A stretch of DNA of 64,000 bases from the human T2T-CHM13v2.0 reference genome, Homo sapiens, in the NCBI RefSeq assembly GCF_009914755.1, contig NC_060947.1. One strand, written 5' to 3'. The notes under the pieces are model-generated. The model saw nothing but the letters and a program-made list of their open reading frames with translations. It had not been told where the DNA came from and did no database searches. A program made the position numbers and the translations under genes. Positions 20,961 through 37,677 of the stretch are shown here, one piece after another. The first letter of the stretch is position 1, and the number at the start of each line of letters is the position of its first letter.

Positions 20961-22916
20961 CTAGAAGTTGCAGATTGGAGAGAAACATGGCTAGTGGATT
21001 ATGAGCAAAACAATGAGAAAATCTGTGGCAAATTCTACTGAAAACAAGTGCTGTGTCTTACTTAACTTTGTATTGGATCCCTAGGAGCTAGCACAGTTAC
21101 TTGCATTTCTACAGAGACTCAAAAGGTATTTGTTAATTTGAGTTAAAGAATTTTCAACAATGACATGGTATGAAATTAATTTGTGCTCAACACATCATGA
21201 AGTACCACAAAGCCTACCCTGCCTTTGTATCCCAGAATAAATTTCCTTCTCTCTCCCTCCCAGTTCTCAGAATACATCCTGAAAATGTCTCTGTATCTAA
21301 CTGATGTGTTTACCTCCTAGTTACCAAGGAGCTTTTCTGACCATAGACTTTCCCCACATCTGCCTCCCCTCCCTACCCCCAGCAATTGTCACTGGTCTAG
21401 AGTGGCTAGAACAGGCTAGAAACCAGCAGCTGCATTTTCTAAAAACAGAACACACTGGCATTCCCGGCACTGGGGCAAAAGGCAACAGCAAGGAAAACTG
21501 GTCCTCTTGGGCCTCGAGAGCTGGGCTTCTGAAACAGACCTGTCAACTTGAGCCTGAGCTTGTAATGTCAAATAAGAAAAGAAGGATTTTTTTAACCATA
21601 CATAAAGGTCCTTTTAAAAATTGTTAACATCTCTTTTACATTCATGTAATTATTGTTTCCCAGGTAAATAAAATGTTTCCCTTTTTTAAAAATTGTATAA
21701 GGGTAAGATAGTAATTTTTTTTTTCTCTTTTGGAACTATTCCTGGTTTATTTAGCAAATCTCAATTTTTTTAATGTTTACTATATTCTGGGCACAGTTAT
21801 GTGCCATGAAGACACTAAGCTAAAGGTCTTCAACAAATCCATGAAGTAATTTCTGTATGCTGAACACACTTATAAGGATTAAAAAAAAAAAAAAAAGTTG
21901 TCCTCTCCTTTAAAATCTATGTGAAGTTCTGCCCTCAAACCTAATATGCAGGTGAAAAGGCCAATCTTACCTACATGGAAAGATAAGAAACAGAGAAAGA
22001 GTTTATCATAAAGAACTAATGGGGATGCACTTACTTCCTGGCCCTCAACACCCTACCCCCACCTAGGCTTTAGCTAGGGCATTCTGCCTTCAAGTCCTCA
22101 GAATATCATTGTGGAAAATCAGAGCATAAATGATCGTTGACTTTTGAGTATCTAAATGGGCTTTAGAAACTCCTGGCAGAAATAATCGTTTGGGAGAAAT
22201 GACTTTTGAGAAACCATAACCTGAGCTTTTACACCTCAGAATCCAGAACCATGAAGGACTTAAGGCATAATATTTATGCACTAATAATAAACTTAAGTAG
22301 ACTGAGTCCCCCATGGAGGGAAAAAGTATGTCTCCAGAGAGATTTGGGAGCCAAGAGTAGACAGGTTTGCAAAATTATCTCATGCCCGGCATGGTGCAGG
22401 AGCAGAAGGAGAGACAGCCACACAGATCACCTGGGCGGGCCGGCATGAGGCTGCCTCATCAAGTCTGCTCACACATCAGCATGCTGCTGAGAGCCTCAAA
22501 TCCTGGAGAAGACCTACAGTTGGGGTGGAAAGATCGCAGACATGATCTCCATAGACTACAAACCAGGGACCAGATGAATGGTAAGTTGCCATGGATACCA
22601 GTATGGCTACATGATGACAACCAAAGATATCCCCCACCCACTCCCATCCTCAGCTGACCCTAAGGTTTTATATAAACAATCTAAAACTTAGACGCACATC
22701 CAAGGAGGAGGGAGCCCTGAAGTGACTGAGGAAATCCTGATTGACAGTGAGTACTTTCCCACCACTCTGGAGAAAGTGAGCTCAAAAAAGATATCCAATT
22801 GAGGTTGAAGAAAGCAAGGATCCCTAGGAAAGATAGCAGAATAGGCACATGCATGTATTTTTTTTTCCTTTCCAAACTTCACTAAAACAACAATAAATGG
22901 TTTTTAAAAAGGTATA

Positions 22917-22949
<33 letters not shown>

Positions 22950-23074
22950 TACACACACAAAAAAAAAACAACAGGAGAAGAGACCAGTACAACAACATTT
23001 TAGAAGCTGAGAAGCAGGAGATTGAGGATTAATGACAGGAGACCTAAGAAAACTGAATCTTACAAGAGCCATGG

Positions 23075-23429
23075 TGATATGGTTTGCTGTGTCCCCACCC
23101 AAATCTCATCTTGAATTGTAGTTCCCATAATCCCCACGTGTCGTGGGAGGGACCATGTGGAGATCATTGAATCATGGAGGTGGTTTCCCCCATCCTGTTC
23201 TCGTGATAGTGAGTTAGTTCTCACGAGATCCAGTGGTTTTATAAGGGGTTTTCCCCTTCTCTGGGCACTCATTCTCTCTCCTGCCACCCTGTGAAGAGGT
23301 GCCTACCACCATGATTGTGTTTCCTGAGGCTCCCCAGCCCTGCAGAACTGAGTCAATTAAACCTCTTTCCTTTATAAATTACCCAGTCTCAGGCAGTTCT
23401 TTATAGCAGCATGAGAATGGACTAATACA
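23075..23429 (+). mobile_element. THE1 (THE1C-like) MaLR solo LTR with 5-bp TSD CATGG
   Basis: TGATATGGTTTG...GACTAATACA termini; CATGG at 23070-23074 and 23430-23434. Confidence 0.92.
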
Positions 23430-24099
23430 CATGGGGAAAGCGAAGAGCCAATCTGACTTAAATTCCCCTAAATGTTGAGGAATTGGTGGTACCAGATGCC
23501 TTTTTGGAATGAGAGTAAAGGGGATATACCTAAAGTAAGAAATATCGAAAATCTATTTAAAAAGCAGTCAGAAACCCAGATCATCTTTCACACCTGGCCA
23601 TGCAGCCAGGTGACACTCCCCATCCTTAACCCCAAAGAAAAACTTGAAATGTAGTCTCTAAAGAGTGAAACAGAGGGTCTCTGGAGTAGGGAATACCAGT
23701 TGAGGGTAAAGTTACTGAATTGATAATAGATCAATTAAATAAACATACGCATATTTTTGCTGAGATCCATGACCTCTCTCCCCTTACTCAGCTCCAAGAA
23801 TGCTAGCAAGAGGAGTATCCACCTTCTAGGCAGGATATTGGGAAGAATGTTTTGGGGAATCTGACTTGTCTGAGAAGAAGAGCAATTGACATCAGAGGTT
23901 CCCCAACTCAACAGGCAACCAGATCATCCTTTATTTAAGCCCACAATTAATAGAGCCTATTGAGCTTTTTGGATCTTTATCCTTAAGTATGAGTAGAATT
24001 CTGAAACATCTGAGGAAAAGTCTGATATGAGAAACATCAAAATAGTCATTTGGAGGAAACAAACTTAGGGTAGGGTGAAGGAGGTGGCAGATTCTACCA

Positions 24100-24840
24100 T
24101 CAATATTCTTAAAGAGTTAAGGTATAATATAATCATGAATTACAAATTGGATGCTATAAAAAAGAAGAATTCTGAAGCTGTTAGAAATTAAAAATGATAA
24201 TTTTAAACCTCAATGGAAGGATTGAAAAGTAAAGGTGAGGCAAATTATTATTTTGAAAGCAGAACAAAATTACAAGATGGAAAATAAAACTAGAGAGGAC
24301 CAGTCCAGGAGATCTATTATCTGAATAATAGGAGGTTCAGAAAGAGAGACCAGAGAAAACAGAGGAGAAATTCAAAGACACAACTTAAGAATATTTCCCA
24401 GAATGGAAAGACATAAGTTATCAAAATAGTGAGTGAAAATCGATCTATACCTCCTCTCATGAATGTGAAATGATAGAACACTTGGGACAAAGAGAAGATC
24501 CTATAAGCTTCCAGAATGAAAAAAAGAGTCACAAAAAAAGACCAAGAACCAGAATCTTCAGACTTCTCAACAGCAACATAAGAAACAATAAGACAATGAA
24601 AAAATGTCTACAAATTCTGAATTTTCATTCAACTAGTTATTTTCAACCGAGACCAAGTTATCAATTAAGTATGATGATAGAATAAATATATTTCTAGGTT
24701 ACAAGTCTCAAATAGCTGATTTTCCAAGCACCTTTCTCAGAAAGTCAATAGACTATGTGCTCCACTGAAAGGAGTAAGTAAAACAATAAAATGGAGACAA
24801 AGGATACAGGAAACAGGAAATCCAGCACAGGAGAGAAACA
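24100..24840 (+). mobile_element. Old L1M ORF1 remnant
   Basis: Degenerate ORF1 C-terminal similarity (SDFSTAT...RQ). Confidence 0.6.
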
Positions 24841-25780
24841 AACAGCCCTTAAACTCGGATAGCCTGAGCCCTTGTTCTAAACCCTGCAATGTAAAGGGCC
24901 TCACTCTGGCCCTCCTTAAGTTGCACCTCTCCCAACAGGGTAAGGAGTTCTAGAGTCCAACATGATGGGAGGCCACCCAGCCTCTATACTGCTGCCTTCT
25001 ATCTCACACTTCTAGTATTCAGGACCTCAGAATTCCCTGCTCAGATGGCAGACCCAATTACAGAGTCTGCACAGGCTCCTCCCCAAATCCATCATGATTA
25101 GGGCAGACTTGGGGAAACTGAACATGCACACACCTCTAGGCCCAAAAGATGATGAAGAGGTGGTTTTTAGTGAGGGCTGTAGACAGAGCTTAGGTGTATG
25201 GGCTGAATGTCAAGGATAGCCAGGACTGGGAAAAGCAGATGGAAGGGCTGAAGACTGAGGCTCCCCATTTTTTGTCCTAGGCCCAGAAGTTGTGAAGAGG
25301 AGACCTACCCATGATGACAGTGAAAAGACATTCTGGGATGAAAGCTGCATATGTAACAGGCTTAAAAGGCAACCAGGCTGATTAGAACAGATCGGAAGGC
25401 TTCTGAAGCTAAAGATAAAATTGAAGACAACTGAAAAGGTCTGACCATCATGAAATACAATTTATACAATTGACTACAAACTTTGGGGATAAATTAGAAA
25501 AAGCTAAGCAAATGAAAAATCTAGACCAGCACTGTCCAACAGAGCTTCCTGGGATGGTGGAATGATCTATATCTGTGTTGTCTAAAATGGCAGCCAATAG
25601 CTACATGTAGTTATTGGGTACTTGTAATATGGCTAAGGCAACTCAATTTTTAATTTAGTTTAATTTAAATTAATTTTAATTGTCACATGACTACTCTATG
25701 GAACAGCAAAGACTTAGAAAATAGTGAAGGTGATAACATAAAATTTTTAAATACTGAAGATTGCTAATTATAACTGCAGT

Positions 25781-26092
<312 letters not shown>

Positions 26093-26227
26093 CATAATTG
26101 CAATTTAAAGTTCATTGGTTGATCGCCATTATAGCATACTATGACAGTTATTTTTAGCATACTAAAGTAACGTCTGAGTAATTAATTTGTTTCTGTATTC
26201 CTTTCAAGGGATGTCAGAAAGGAGCTA

Positions 26228-26635
<408 letters not shown>

Positions 26636-27028
26636 TCATTATTTTGAAACAAAGATGATATAGAATTTCTTTTAAAGTTTTTTAAATGCTTCTATTTGGA
26701 GAAGTCTGGAATGCCTGTGTGAATTGTTCAACGAAAAATTGTAAAGATATTTTCATTTTAATTGTGCATTCTTTTAGGTCATCTCTGAGGTGACAAAAGT
26801 GCTATCCAATAGAACGTCTTGAAGTGATGAAAATGTCCAATATCTGTGCTTTCCAATATGATAGCCAATAGCTGCTTAAAATGTGGCTACTGTGACTGAA
26901 ATTTTAATTTGATTTAATATAATTTAATTTAAATAGCCACACTTGGCTAGTAGCTGCCATATAGACATCACAGATCTAGACAATTATAATCTCCAATTGA
27001 TAATGTTAAGAAAGTTGTGTAGCAGTAA

Positions 27029-27395
<367 letters not shown>

Positions 27396-27975
27396 TTATA
27401 TAGTCATGATAATATAGCACATGATAATATAAAGCACTGAAAATAGATCTAACTCAATTTAAAATATAACCACAGGGTGACCATGAAGTCAGTACACAAA
27501 GATAAAATATTTTTATCATATATGGCAGAATATCATGTATATATAAAATACTATTTTAATGTACATATAGTACAGTGATACCAATAAAAATCATCCTAGG
27601 CATTTGCCTGTGAGTCCAGACTAGGCGGCCACTCCGTATAGTGAGAGGAAGGGGACAAAGTTGTATATGCTTGGTGAAGCCAGGGGAGGAAGGAGAAATA
27701 AATCCTCCTCTTCATGATGACAAGTCAAGAAATAATGCCCCAAACTGAAAAATCCAAAAGTTGCAACACAGCATGCTATTTAAAGAAATGATGGTAAATA
27801 TCAAGTAATTAGTTAAGGGAGATAAAAGTAGTTGCTTCTGGAAAAGGAGTCAAGGACAGCAGTTTTTCATAACAAATTTCTCAGAATTATTTGACCCAAT
27901 TTATGTGCAAGTATAACTGTGATTAAATTTTTAATTAAAATAAAAACTAAAGATAAATATTTTAAAGTAACTAAG

Positions 27976-28275
<300 letters not shown>

Positions 28276-29750
28276 GTAACTAAGGGGGTGGGGGGAGAAG
28301 AAGATGGCATTTCCTGTACAGCTGTTTGTGGTTAAAGATATTGCATATTCTAAGGGTGAAGAAGAGAGAGAGATGACTGTGTGACAGGTTAACCTTTATT
28401 TGGCCCTACAGACAGAAAGGATTCCAATGGCAGTGAAAAGAGGGAAAACATTGCAGACAGAGGAGAGAAGGGCAATAAAAGTGAAGAGGTTTGTGTTGTC
28501 AATTTCATGTGGGTCAGTAACAGACACCAATGTAGGTGGGGCGCAAGCATTGTTTGTCAGTGTCATGCTCACCTAAGAGCCTTTCTTGAAATGTCCCAGT
28601 TTGCCGAATCCCCCCTTTAGGACCCCTTATCCCCATTCAGACACACCCCAAGTCTCCCACTATTTAACTTATTTTTCTTCATATTAAACAATCAACCCTA
28701 ACAGAGTCTTCTTTCATTGTATGCAGATGAGTTTTATAAGTACTGCGGATAATCTCCACACTCCTTCATAACAATGAAGGAAAAGGGCCTAGAATTTTAT
28801 TTTGAGTACAGTAATGGGCCCCTTTTCCTATTGGTTGTCAACTGAGAGGTTTGCTGGTATCTTAATTCTGGCAGAATAAGAACCCTATCATTCTGATGTG
28901 TAGGACCCAAGACAGACCAGTAAAGTGGTGGGTCTGATGACGGAAAAACAGAAAGTGCATCCTAGTGTCTAGGGATAGACACGTCCCCAGCAAAAAAAAA
29001 AAAAAAGGAAAAAAGATTTCTGAGAGGGAGGAGTGGGAGATAAGGTCAGGTCAGGGAGGTAAGTTGGGACATCCAAGACTGAGTACATTTGATTCATCCT
29101 GTAGGCACTGCAACGTTCTGGCAGGTAAGGAAGCTGATTCACCACATGATATAATATGGCAATAAAGTGCAAAATTAATTTCAGCAGAGTGAGATTGGTA
29201 TTAAGGACCCAAGTTAGGAGGCTGTTGGATTCATCCCAGCCTGAGATGACTGGGACAGGAACCAGGAGGGAGGTAGGAGAAAAGAAAGAGAAGGAACGCA
29301 TTTGAGAGACCAAGACCCCCAGACATGGAAGTGAAGGAGAGAGAGGAGCCAAAAGTAACTCTGAGTGTGGGTATGTAGGGGAAATGGCACCATCATTGAC
29401 CAAAATGGGAAGATCAGGAGGAGCTGTGGAGGAAGCAATGGGTTTAGCTTAGCTCTTCTTGAGCCTGACAAGAGATAGACTGTCTGGGTGCAAGTGTGTA
29501 ATTGTCCATTGGAAATTCAGGTAGGCAGCTCATTAGAGAAGCTACTTAAAGTCCACAGTGAAGTCACCTTCCACTTGCAGGCAGTAGGAATTTATATTGG
29601 GGGCTTGAGGAGCTTTCTAGGTTTGTAACTTCTTCTATGGGGAGCCTACCTGGAACAGTACAAGGAGGAAGGAGCAGCAGCAAGGGCTTTGTAAAGACTA
29701 CAAGAGCTTTGGATGCATTGAACAAGTCACATTTTAAAAATCTATATTCG

Positions 29751-30050
29751 GGCCGGGCACGATGGCTCACACCTATAATCCCAGCACTTTGGGAGGCCGA
29801 GGTGGATGGATCACAAGGTCAGGAGTTCGAGACCATCCTGGCCAACATGGTGAAACCCCGTCTCTACTAAAAATACAAAAATTAGCTGGGGGTAGTGGCA
29901 TGTGCCTATAATCCCAGCTGCTCGGGAGGCTGAGGCAGGAGAATCACTTGAACCCAGGAGGTGGAGATTGGAGATTGCAGTGAGCCCAGATAGCGCCACT
30001 GCACTCCAGCCTGGCGACAGAGCAAGACTCTGTCTAAAAAGAAAAAAAAA
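29751..30050 (+). mobile_element. AluS with TSD AAAAATCTATATT
   Basis: Alu consensus. Confidence 0.95.
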
Positions 30051-30245
30051 ATCTATATTTGAAGGCAAAATTTAATTTCATACTCATTCAGGCAATATAC
30101 ATATGTGGTGTATATATATAAATATATGTATGTTACCTAGAACATCTCATCTACAAACGTCTTCCAGTGTCTTTTCCTTCACACTTAACAAATCATGGAG
30201 AATTGTATATATTTTATAAAATATATATGTGTGTGTACATAAATA

Positions 30246-30288
<43 letters not shown>

Positions 30289-30918
30289 GAAGAGAAAGAG
30301 AGAGAGCACGCACTAGTATTTAAGAGACCAGAGTTCTCTGATCTTGTCACTAGCAGTGGTTTTAGTTTAGTTGTTGCCAGATCTATAAAATAGCTAACAT
30401 AGTACTAGCTACAACCCAGATAATATTCTAAGTGCTTTTTATGTACTAAATTAATTGATCATCACAAAAAAACTCTAATATTTAGGTACTATTATTATGC
30501 TCATTTTACAGATGACAAAATTGAGTAGTGTCCAAAATCACCAGCAGTCAGGAAACAGAGCCCAAGTTCATGTTCTTAACCTCTCAGACACTCAACTTAT
30601 CATCTGTAAATTGAGAATGTGGGATTAAATTATGTCTAGAGTACCATCAAACTTTAATTTTGAATGAGATTATGAAGAATAAAGTGAGCATTAATCAGAA
30701 TCAAAATTAATTTCTGAAAATTAGCAGCAGAGGGCAGCAGAGAGCACACTAAGGAGGCTTTTAAAAGACCTTTCTAAAGCTATGCAGAGTAATAATACAT
30801 AAAATTTATAAACAAAAATACATATATTAACACATTTAATCTTCATAATTAATTTCCTAGTTTAGGCCCTTTGCTTCAATTCATCTTCCACTTTAATGCA
30901 CTTAAAAGGGCCCATTCA

Positions 30919-31678
<760 letters not shown>

Positions 31679-32761
31679 GGGGGGGGCATTACTGCACCCT
31701 TTAATGCACCACTAGAATAAAGACAGCATTGCACATCACAATATCCTCAAATTTTAGAGTAGAGACATCAAGAAAAGTTAATTGGGTTTATTTTGACTGA
31801 TTTTTGCATTTTTCTTAATAATTTTCCATTATTTTTGAAATTCTAATAAGATATCACTGGGTCTCTTCAAGGGTATATAAAAGGTACACTTCAAACAGAT
31901 GTTAACATATTTGTTAGACTTGATTTCATCTGAGACATCAAAATTTAACCCAACGGATTACTTTAATTGTTCAATGATATTTTGTCACTTGAATTCTTGT
32001 TTCTCATCTTAGAGAAGCTATATATATATAAAGCTATATATATGTAAAGCTATATATATTACATATAAAATATACATATATAAAATGTATAAAATTCTCC
32101 CTGATTGGTTAGGCGTGAAGGAAAAGACACCTGAGAATATTTGCAGAGGAGATGTTATAGGCAATTTTAGCCCACATTAATCATTAACAGATAGGGGAAT
32201 GCCAAAATTAACCTTATGTGCAAATTCACAACTTAGAAATATGTGCTAAAGTGCAGTGCCTTGTTAAATCATTTACTTGCTTTTCAGAAGAAACTGCAAT
32301 GTAAGTTCTCTTTCTAGATGAGCATTTAGTTTTTCAGAAAGCTGTTGTTATCACTTCTTCACATAGACACATTTTTGATTGATTTTTTAAAATTGACAGA
32401 TAAAATTGTATGAATTTCTCATGTATAATATGGTATTTTGAAGTGTGTATATTGTGAAATGGCAACATCTATCTAATTAACATATATATTAGCTCACAGT
32501 TATTATTTTTGTGGTGAGAATACTTATATTCAGTTTCTTATCATTTCTCAAGAATATGATAGATCATCAACTGTAGTCACCATGCTGTACAAGAGATCCT
32601 TTGAACTTATTCCTTCTATATAACTGTAATTTTGTATCCTTTGAGCATGCTGATCAAAGGACACACTTTTAATTTACATCTAAACAACACAAGCGTGGAG
32701 TCAAAGAGAAAACCTAAGGAAAGAAGAACTTTATAAGGGGGAACGTTTAAAACACCTAAGT

Positions 32762-32971
32762 TAGGGATCAGCAAACTTTTTTTATACAAGGCCAGAGAGT
32801 TAATATTTTAGACTTTGCAAATCATACAAACTCTGTTGCAGCCCTGCTGGCCTAGCAGGAAAGTAACCATAGACAATATGTAAACAAATGATTGTGTCTG
32901 GGCTCCTACTAAAGTTTACAAAAACAAGCAGGGGGCCAATTTGGTCCTGGGCTGTGGCTTACCTACCCTTG
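32762..32971 (+). mobile_element. MER58A with 8-bp TSD ACCTAAGT
   Basis: TSD at 32754-32761 and 32972-32979. Confidence 0.85.
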
Positions 32972-33596
32972 ACCTAAGTCAAAAAGCAGACGCAATAAAT
33001 GGGATACGCATCATAATAATGACAGCTGTATGCCGAGTGCTTTCCAGGCATAGCCCTTAACCTTCCAACAACACTGCAGATTAGATATTATCATAATCTA
33101 GATATGATCATATCCTTTTAAAAATCTTTTAATTTTTTTCTCTTTATCATTATCTAGATTTTCCAAATGAGAAAACTGAGTTTCAGGTATGATAAATACC
33201 CCTTCCAAGGCCACACAGCTACTAAGTACTATAGGCAAGATTCAAGCCCAAGTTTACAAACTCCAAAGTGTGTGTTCTGTTCTTAGAACATATCACACTA
33301 TTGTACAGTTAAGAGCAGTTAGTATCACGCAGTCATAATAACACGCAATTAGTCCTTCCAGGAAAAGGGCATCAGCCCTGATTCCATGTAGTAACAACAG
33401 CACTTGCCAAATAAAAGAAGGAAGGTGCAGTGAAGTGCAGAAAGGAAGGCTCCAGGGGAAAGTCAGCACTCACCCCAGAGGGGTGGCCCAGATGACTACA
33501 CATATGTCCCAATTATGTATCGATGCTCATATGTCTTTGAGGAATACAATTAATTTATCCTCTTTTTTTTAATCTAACCATATGAACATTTTCCTA

Positions 33597-34011
<415 letters not shown>

Positions 34012-36019
34012 TTAAATACAAACCACTTCCCATCACCTCAGGGATAAAGTCCATACAGGGTAGGCCTGTGATGTATGCTCCCTGTCTGTCTTCCTCATCT
34101 CATCTCTGCCTGTTCCCCACAGGACCCAGGACCCCAGTCATGCTGATCCCTTCCCAGTTCACCTGAGCCCCATGCCTATCCCAGGGATTTGTGCATTTTT
34201 TGTCTTCCGTCCTGAGAGTTCTGGTTCCCTATCCATCCTCTGGTCCACCACCCATAACCTTCAAGTCTCACCTCCTATGTTAACATTTCAGAACCCTTGG
34301 CCATCTACTCAGAATCATTGAATCTGAATTAGAAAAGGATTCTTGGCTCTTCTCTCCCCTACCCCAAGGTGTTCATCAGGATTGCATGAAACTTTAATAA
34401 AACAGAAAAGATAAATCACTGGAATAGTCTTTGGAAAGAAGGAAAAATTGACACGAGCAAAAGGAAAAAACAAGATTGAGGATTGGTGGGGAGTGTGGGA
34501 GTTTTGGATGATGAGGCAAAACAGATCCCGCCCCTTGAAGAACATTTTGGAGGTGTGCAAACTAAGACACCCAAAGAGGCTGGATTGAGATGGACGCAAA
34601 AACTATTAGTGGCCACACACAAATGGAGGCAATGGGATGGGACTGCCTTCCACCATCATGGGCTACAACATCTTGGAATTACAGACAGGAAAACATTTGT
34701 GATCTTGAGCCTAGCTAGCAGGGGTACAGTTTGGCTTCTACCTGTCAACATGTCTGCTTACAGAGATATAATTTTTAAGAGTTTTGAAATAGTACATCTA
34801 AAGACACATCTTATTTTAGTAAATCATTTCTCTTGAGGGGCACTGAGATTAGTCTTGCTTTTCCACTATGTGTAATTATTGCATATGCCTCCGTGAGTAT
34901 TTCCACAGGCCAGATTTGGAGGAGCAGAATTACCAGATCAAAGCTATTGCCAAATTTCCTTTCAAGTAGCTTGGATCAATTTATTCTCTCACCAGCAATG
35001 TTTGAGATTGTTTTCATTGACATTCCTTAGCACATTATTTTTTTTTAATTTTCCAATCAAATGAGCTAATTTATGTTTGTCTCAAATTAGAGAGTCTTGT
35101 TAAAATCATATGTAGGTCATGTGTTATTTTTTAATGCCTGCAAAACTCAAAATCCTGTATTTCATCTCTTTACCTCTATATTATATTACCCTATAATATA
35201 AATTCTAAATCCCATAATTCCATTGTAAACTTTTTAAGACTTTCTTGGTGTGGGGGACTTGCAGGTAAATTGCTGAAAAGTGATCACTGAAAAACTTGAA
35301 TATTGTTTTGTTCATGATTTAATTATGATAATGTAACCAAATCTGTATTACATGTTCCAGTTTTTTTTCAGTGAATGATGCTAGACCTTTACCTAAACAA
35401 AAAGCTTCTTTAGGAAGGACCTCCCTGTATAAAATAGCATCTGCAGTTTCCTTACTCTTATCTTTAAAAATACCTGTTCCTTAGAGCTGGAAATAATCAC
35501 TTAATCACATACCTTAGATTATATCCCTATTATTTCAGCTTGTATTGAATTTATTGATGAATGCTCTAAAATATTGCTCATTAATATTTCAATTTCTGTT
35601 ACAAATCATATAATTTGGGATTATCTATTCTTGTATCAAATATGAAGTGATTCTTAACAAATTAATTTCTGAAAGTATAACTTTATGGCTAAGATAATAC
35701 AATCATAAATCAAAAGCCCTCTCTTCTTCATATTAATATTACCAAGAAAATAAATAATTTTTTGTTTGGTTCTGCTTAGATTCTTATGACCAAAGTTAAT
35801 GGCTACTTCCAAGGACGATCTGATGTGTGAATTTTCTTAGTTCAGAAAATGTAAACTTTGGTGCAGAAATATTAGTAAATATATTTTATCATAGTTTGGA
35901 TTTTTCTTTATACTCCTTCTTGATATAAATTGAAAAATTAAACCTTTTGGATCATTTTTTGAATCACTTTCAATGTATTTTGATGCAAAATGAGAGGACT
36001 AAAAAAATAAGAAACCTAT

Positions 36020-36600
36020 CATAATAGTATTGTACTGATATAAATTTCTTTGGTGTTATAATTGTTAATCATTGTTAATCATGTTAATTATGCCAATTTC
36101 ATTAACATTTACTTAATTGTAGGCATGTCAACTACAAATGCAATGCAAGATTCTTGATTGGATCCTGGATTTAAAACATAAAAAGATTCTAAAGGACATG
36201 TGGATAATTAGGAAAATTTGAATGTGTATCACATCTTAGATAATAGTATTGTGTTGATGTTATGTTTCCGTGGTGTTGTAATGTGTTATAGAAGACTGCC
36301 TTTATTTTTAGGAGATACATGCTCAAGAATTTAGGGGTGACATGTGTCCTAAAGTCAGCAACATACTTTCAAACCATTCAGGGAAAAAACTGTGCATATG
36401 TGCATGCGTGTGTGTGAATATATATATACACATATAGAGAGAGAGAAAAGGACAGGCAGAGACAGAGAAAGACAAAGCGAGAGAGAAAGTAAATGTGGCA
36501 AAAAGATACCACTGATTAATACACATGATGAAAATATGGGTGTTCGTTGTACTATTCTTTCAATTTTTATATAGATTTGAAACATTTCTAAATAAAAATT
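36020..36600 (+). mobile_element. L1ME-like 3' end fragments
   Basis: Typical L1ME 3'UTR (gatacatgct.aaga.tttaggggtga...cattt.taaataaaa). Confidence 0.65.
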
Positions 36601-36791
36601 GGGAGGGGGAAAAAACCATATTTAGTTAATGAAGGCATATTTACATTGTATAATGTTTATTAAGAGCCTAGAGGGACAATATCTTATATATCTAAAATAA
36701 TCACTACATATGAGATGAGAAATGTCTCAGTGACTTGATATAAATACTTCAAACATCATTTTGCTCTGAGATAATAGAATTAGTGTACTAC

Positions 36792-36906
36792 CTTTGAATA
36801 TCTCCAAAATTCCACTTATGATATGGATGTTTGACACAGACTTCAAATACTCTTCAATCCTCCAGAAGCTTCTCAAGCTCAGAAACAATCTTCTTCTCAC
36901 ACTGAC
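36792..36906 (-). other. TASL: Putative TASL 5'UTR exon 2 (115 bp)
   Basis: Minus-strand acceptor catttcttgcatag|G (AG at 36908-36907) and donor AAAG|gtagta (GT at 36791-36790) in unique sequence. Splicing to exon 3 gives AAAG|AATG, placing A at -3. Fits the known three-exon TASL structure. Confidence 0.7.
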
Positions 36907-37677
36907 CTATGCAAGAAATGTTATAAAATATCAATATAAATATTCTGTCCAAACCAGGTCTATATTTAAGCACAGATTCATATGCGCAAGACAAAGAATG
37001 TTTGAGCGAGTCTAAAGATAATTCAAACAAAACTCCACTCGTACATGCGCTATCTTTAATACCAAAAGGGAAGCTTTCCCCAAATCACCCAGATGAAAGT
37101 CGAAAAGCATCCTCACTATAGATCGCATTCATTTTGAATACATCCTGCCACACAGAAAAACACTATCACAAGCTTGCTGAACTGAATAATTGAGAGTCAA
37201 ATCCAATTGGAAAGGACTGTGATTGTTTTCGTCTCTAAAACTGCATCACCGTAACTGAATTCAAGAGCTGTGTTGTCCCTGCAAAACCCTGCTTAGGTTT
37301 TTAGGCCTTCTTTTAAAAATGCAGAAGCTAAACCAGTGTGGCAATTAGTGAAAGAGGACTGCAAAAATAACACAATAAATATTTGCTCAGATCAGTCAAA
37401 AATTGTAGGTAAAAATATAAGTGTTTTAGAAATGCTTAGAATGTGGACACGAGGAGGTAAGGAAAGGAAGTATTGGGCTTAATTTCTCTTTATTTTTCAA
37501 CTCCACTGAATGCTTGTTTAAACTCCCACTTGTCTCTGATATGGTAAGCTAGAAAAGCATTTTAGATGTCATAAGAATGGATCAGCGCTCTCGTGATAAA
37601 GGGCTAAGAAAGCGTGAGAAGACAGATGACAAAAAATAATAGCGGAGTTCTAGGGTCCTTTGCTTTCTTTTTCTTAC

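Noticed and set aside
37068-37081. GGGAAGCTTTCCCC kB-like near-palindrome in intron 1
   Set aside because: Spacing does not fit the canonical 10-bp kB site; too weak on its own.
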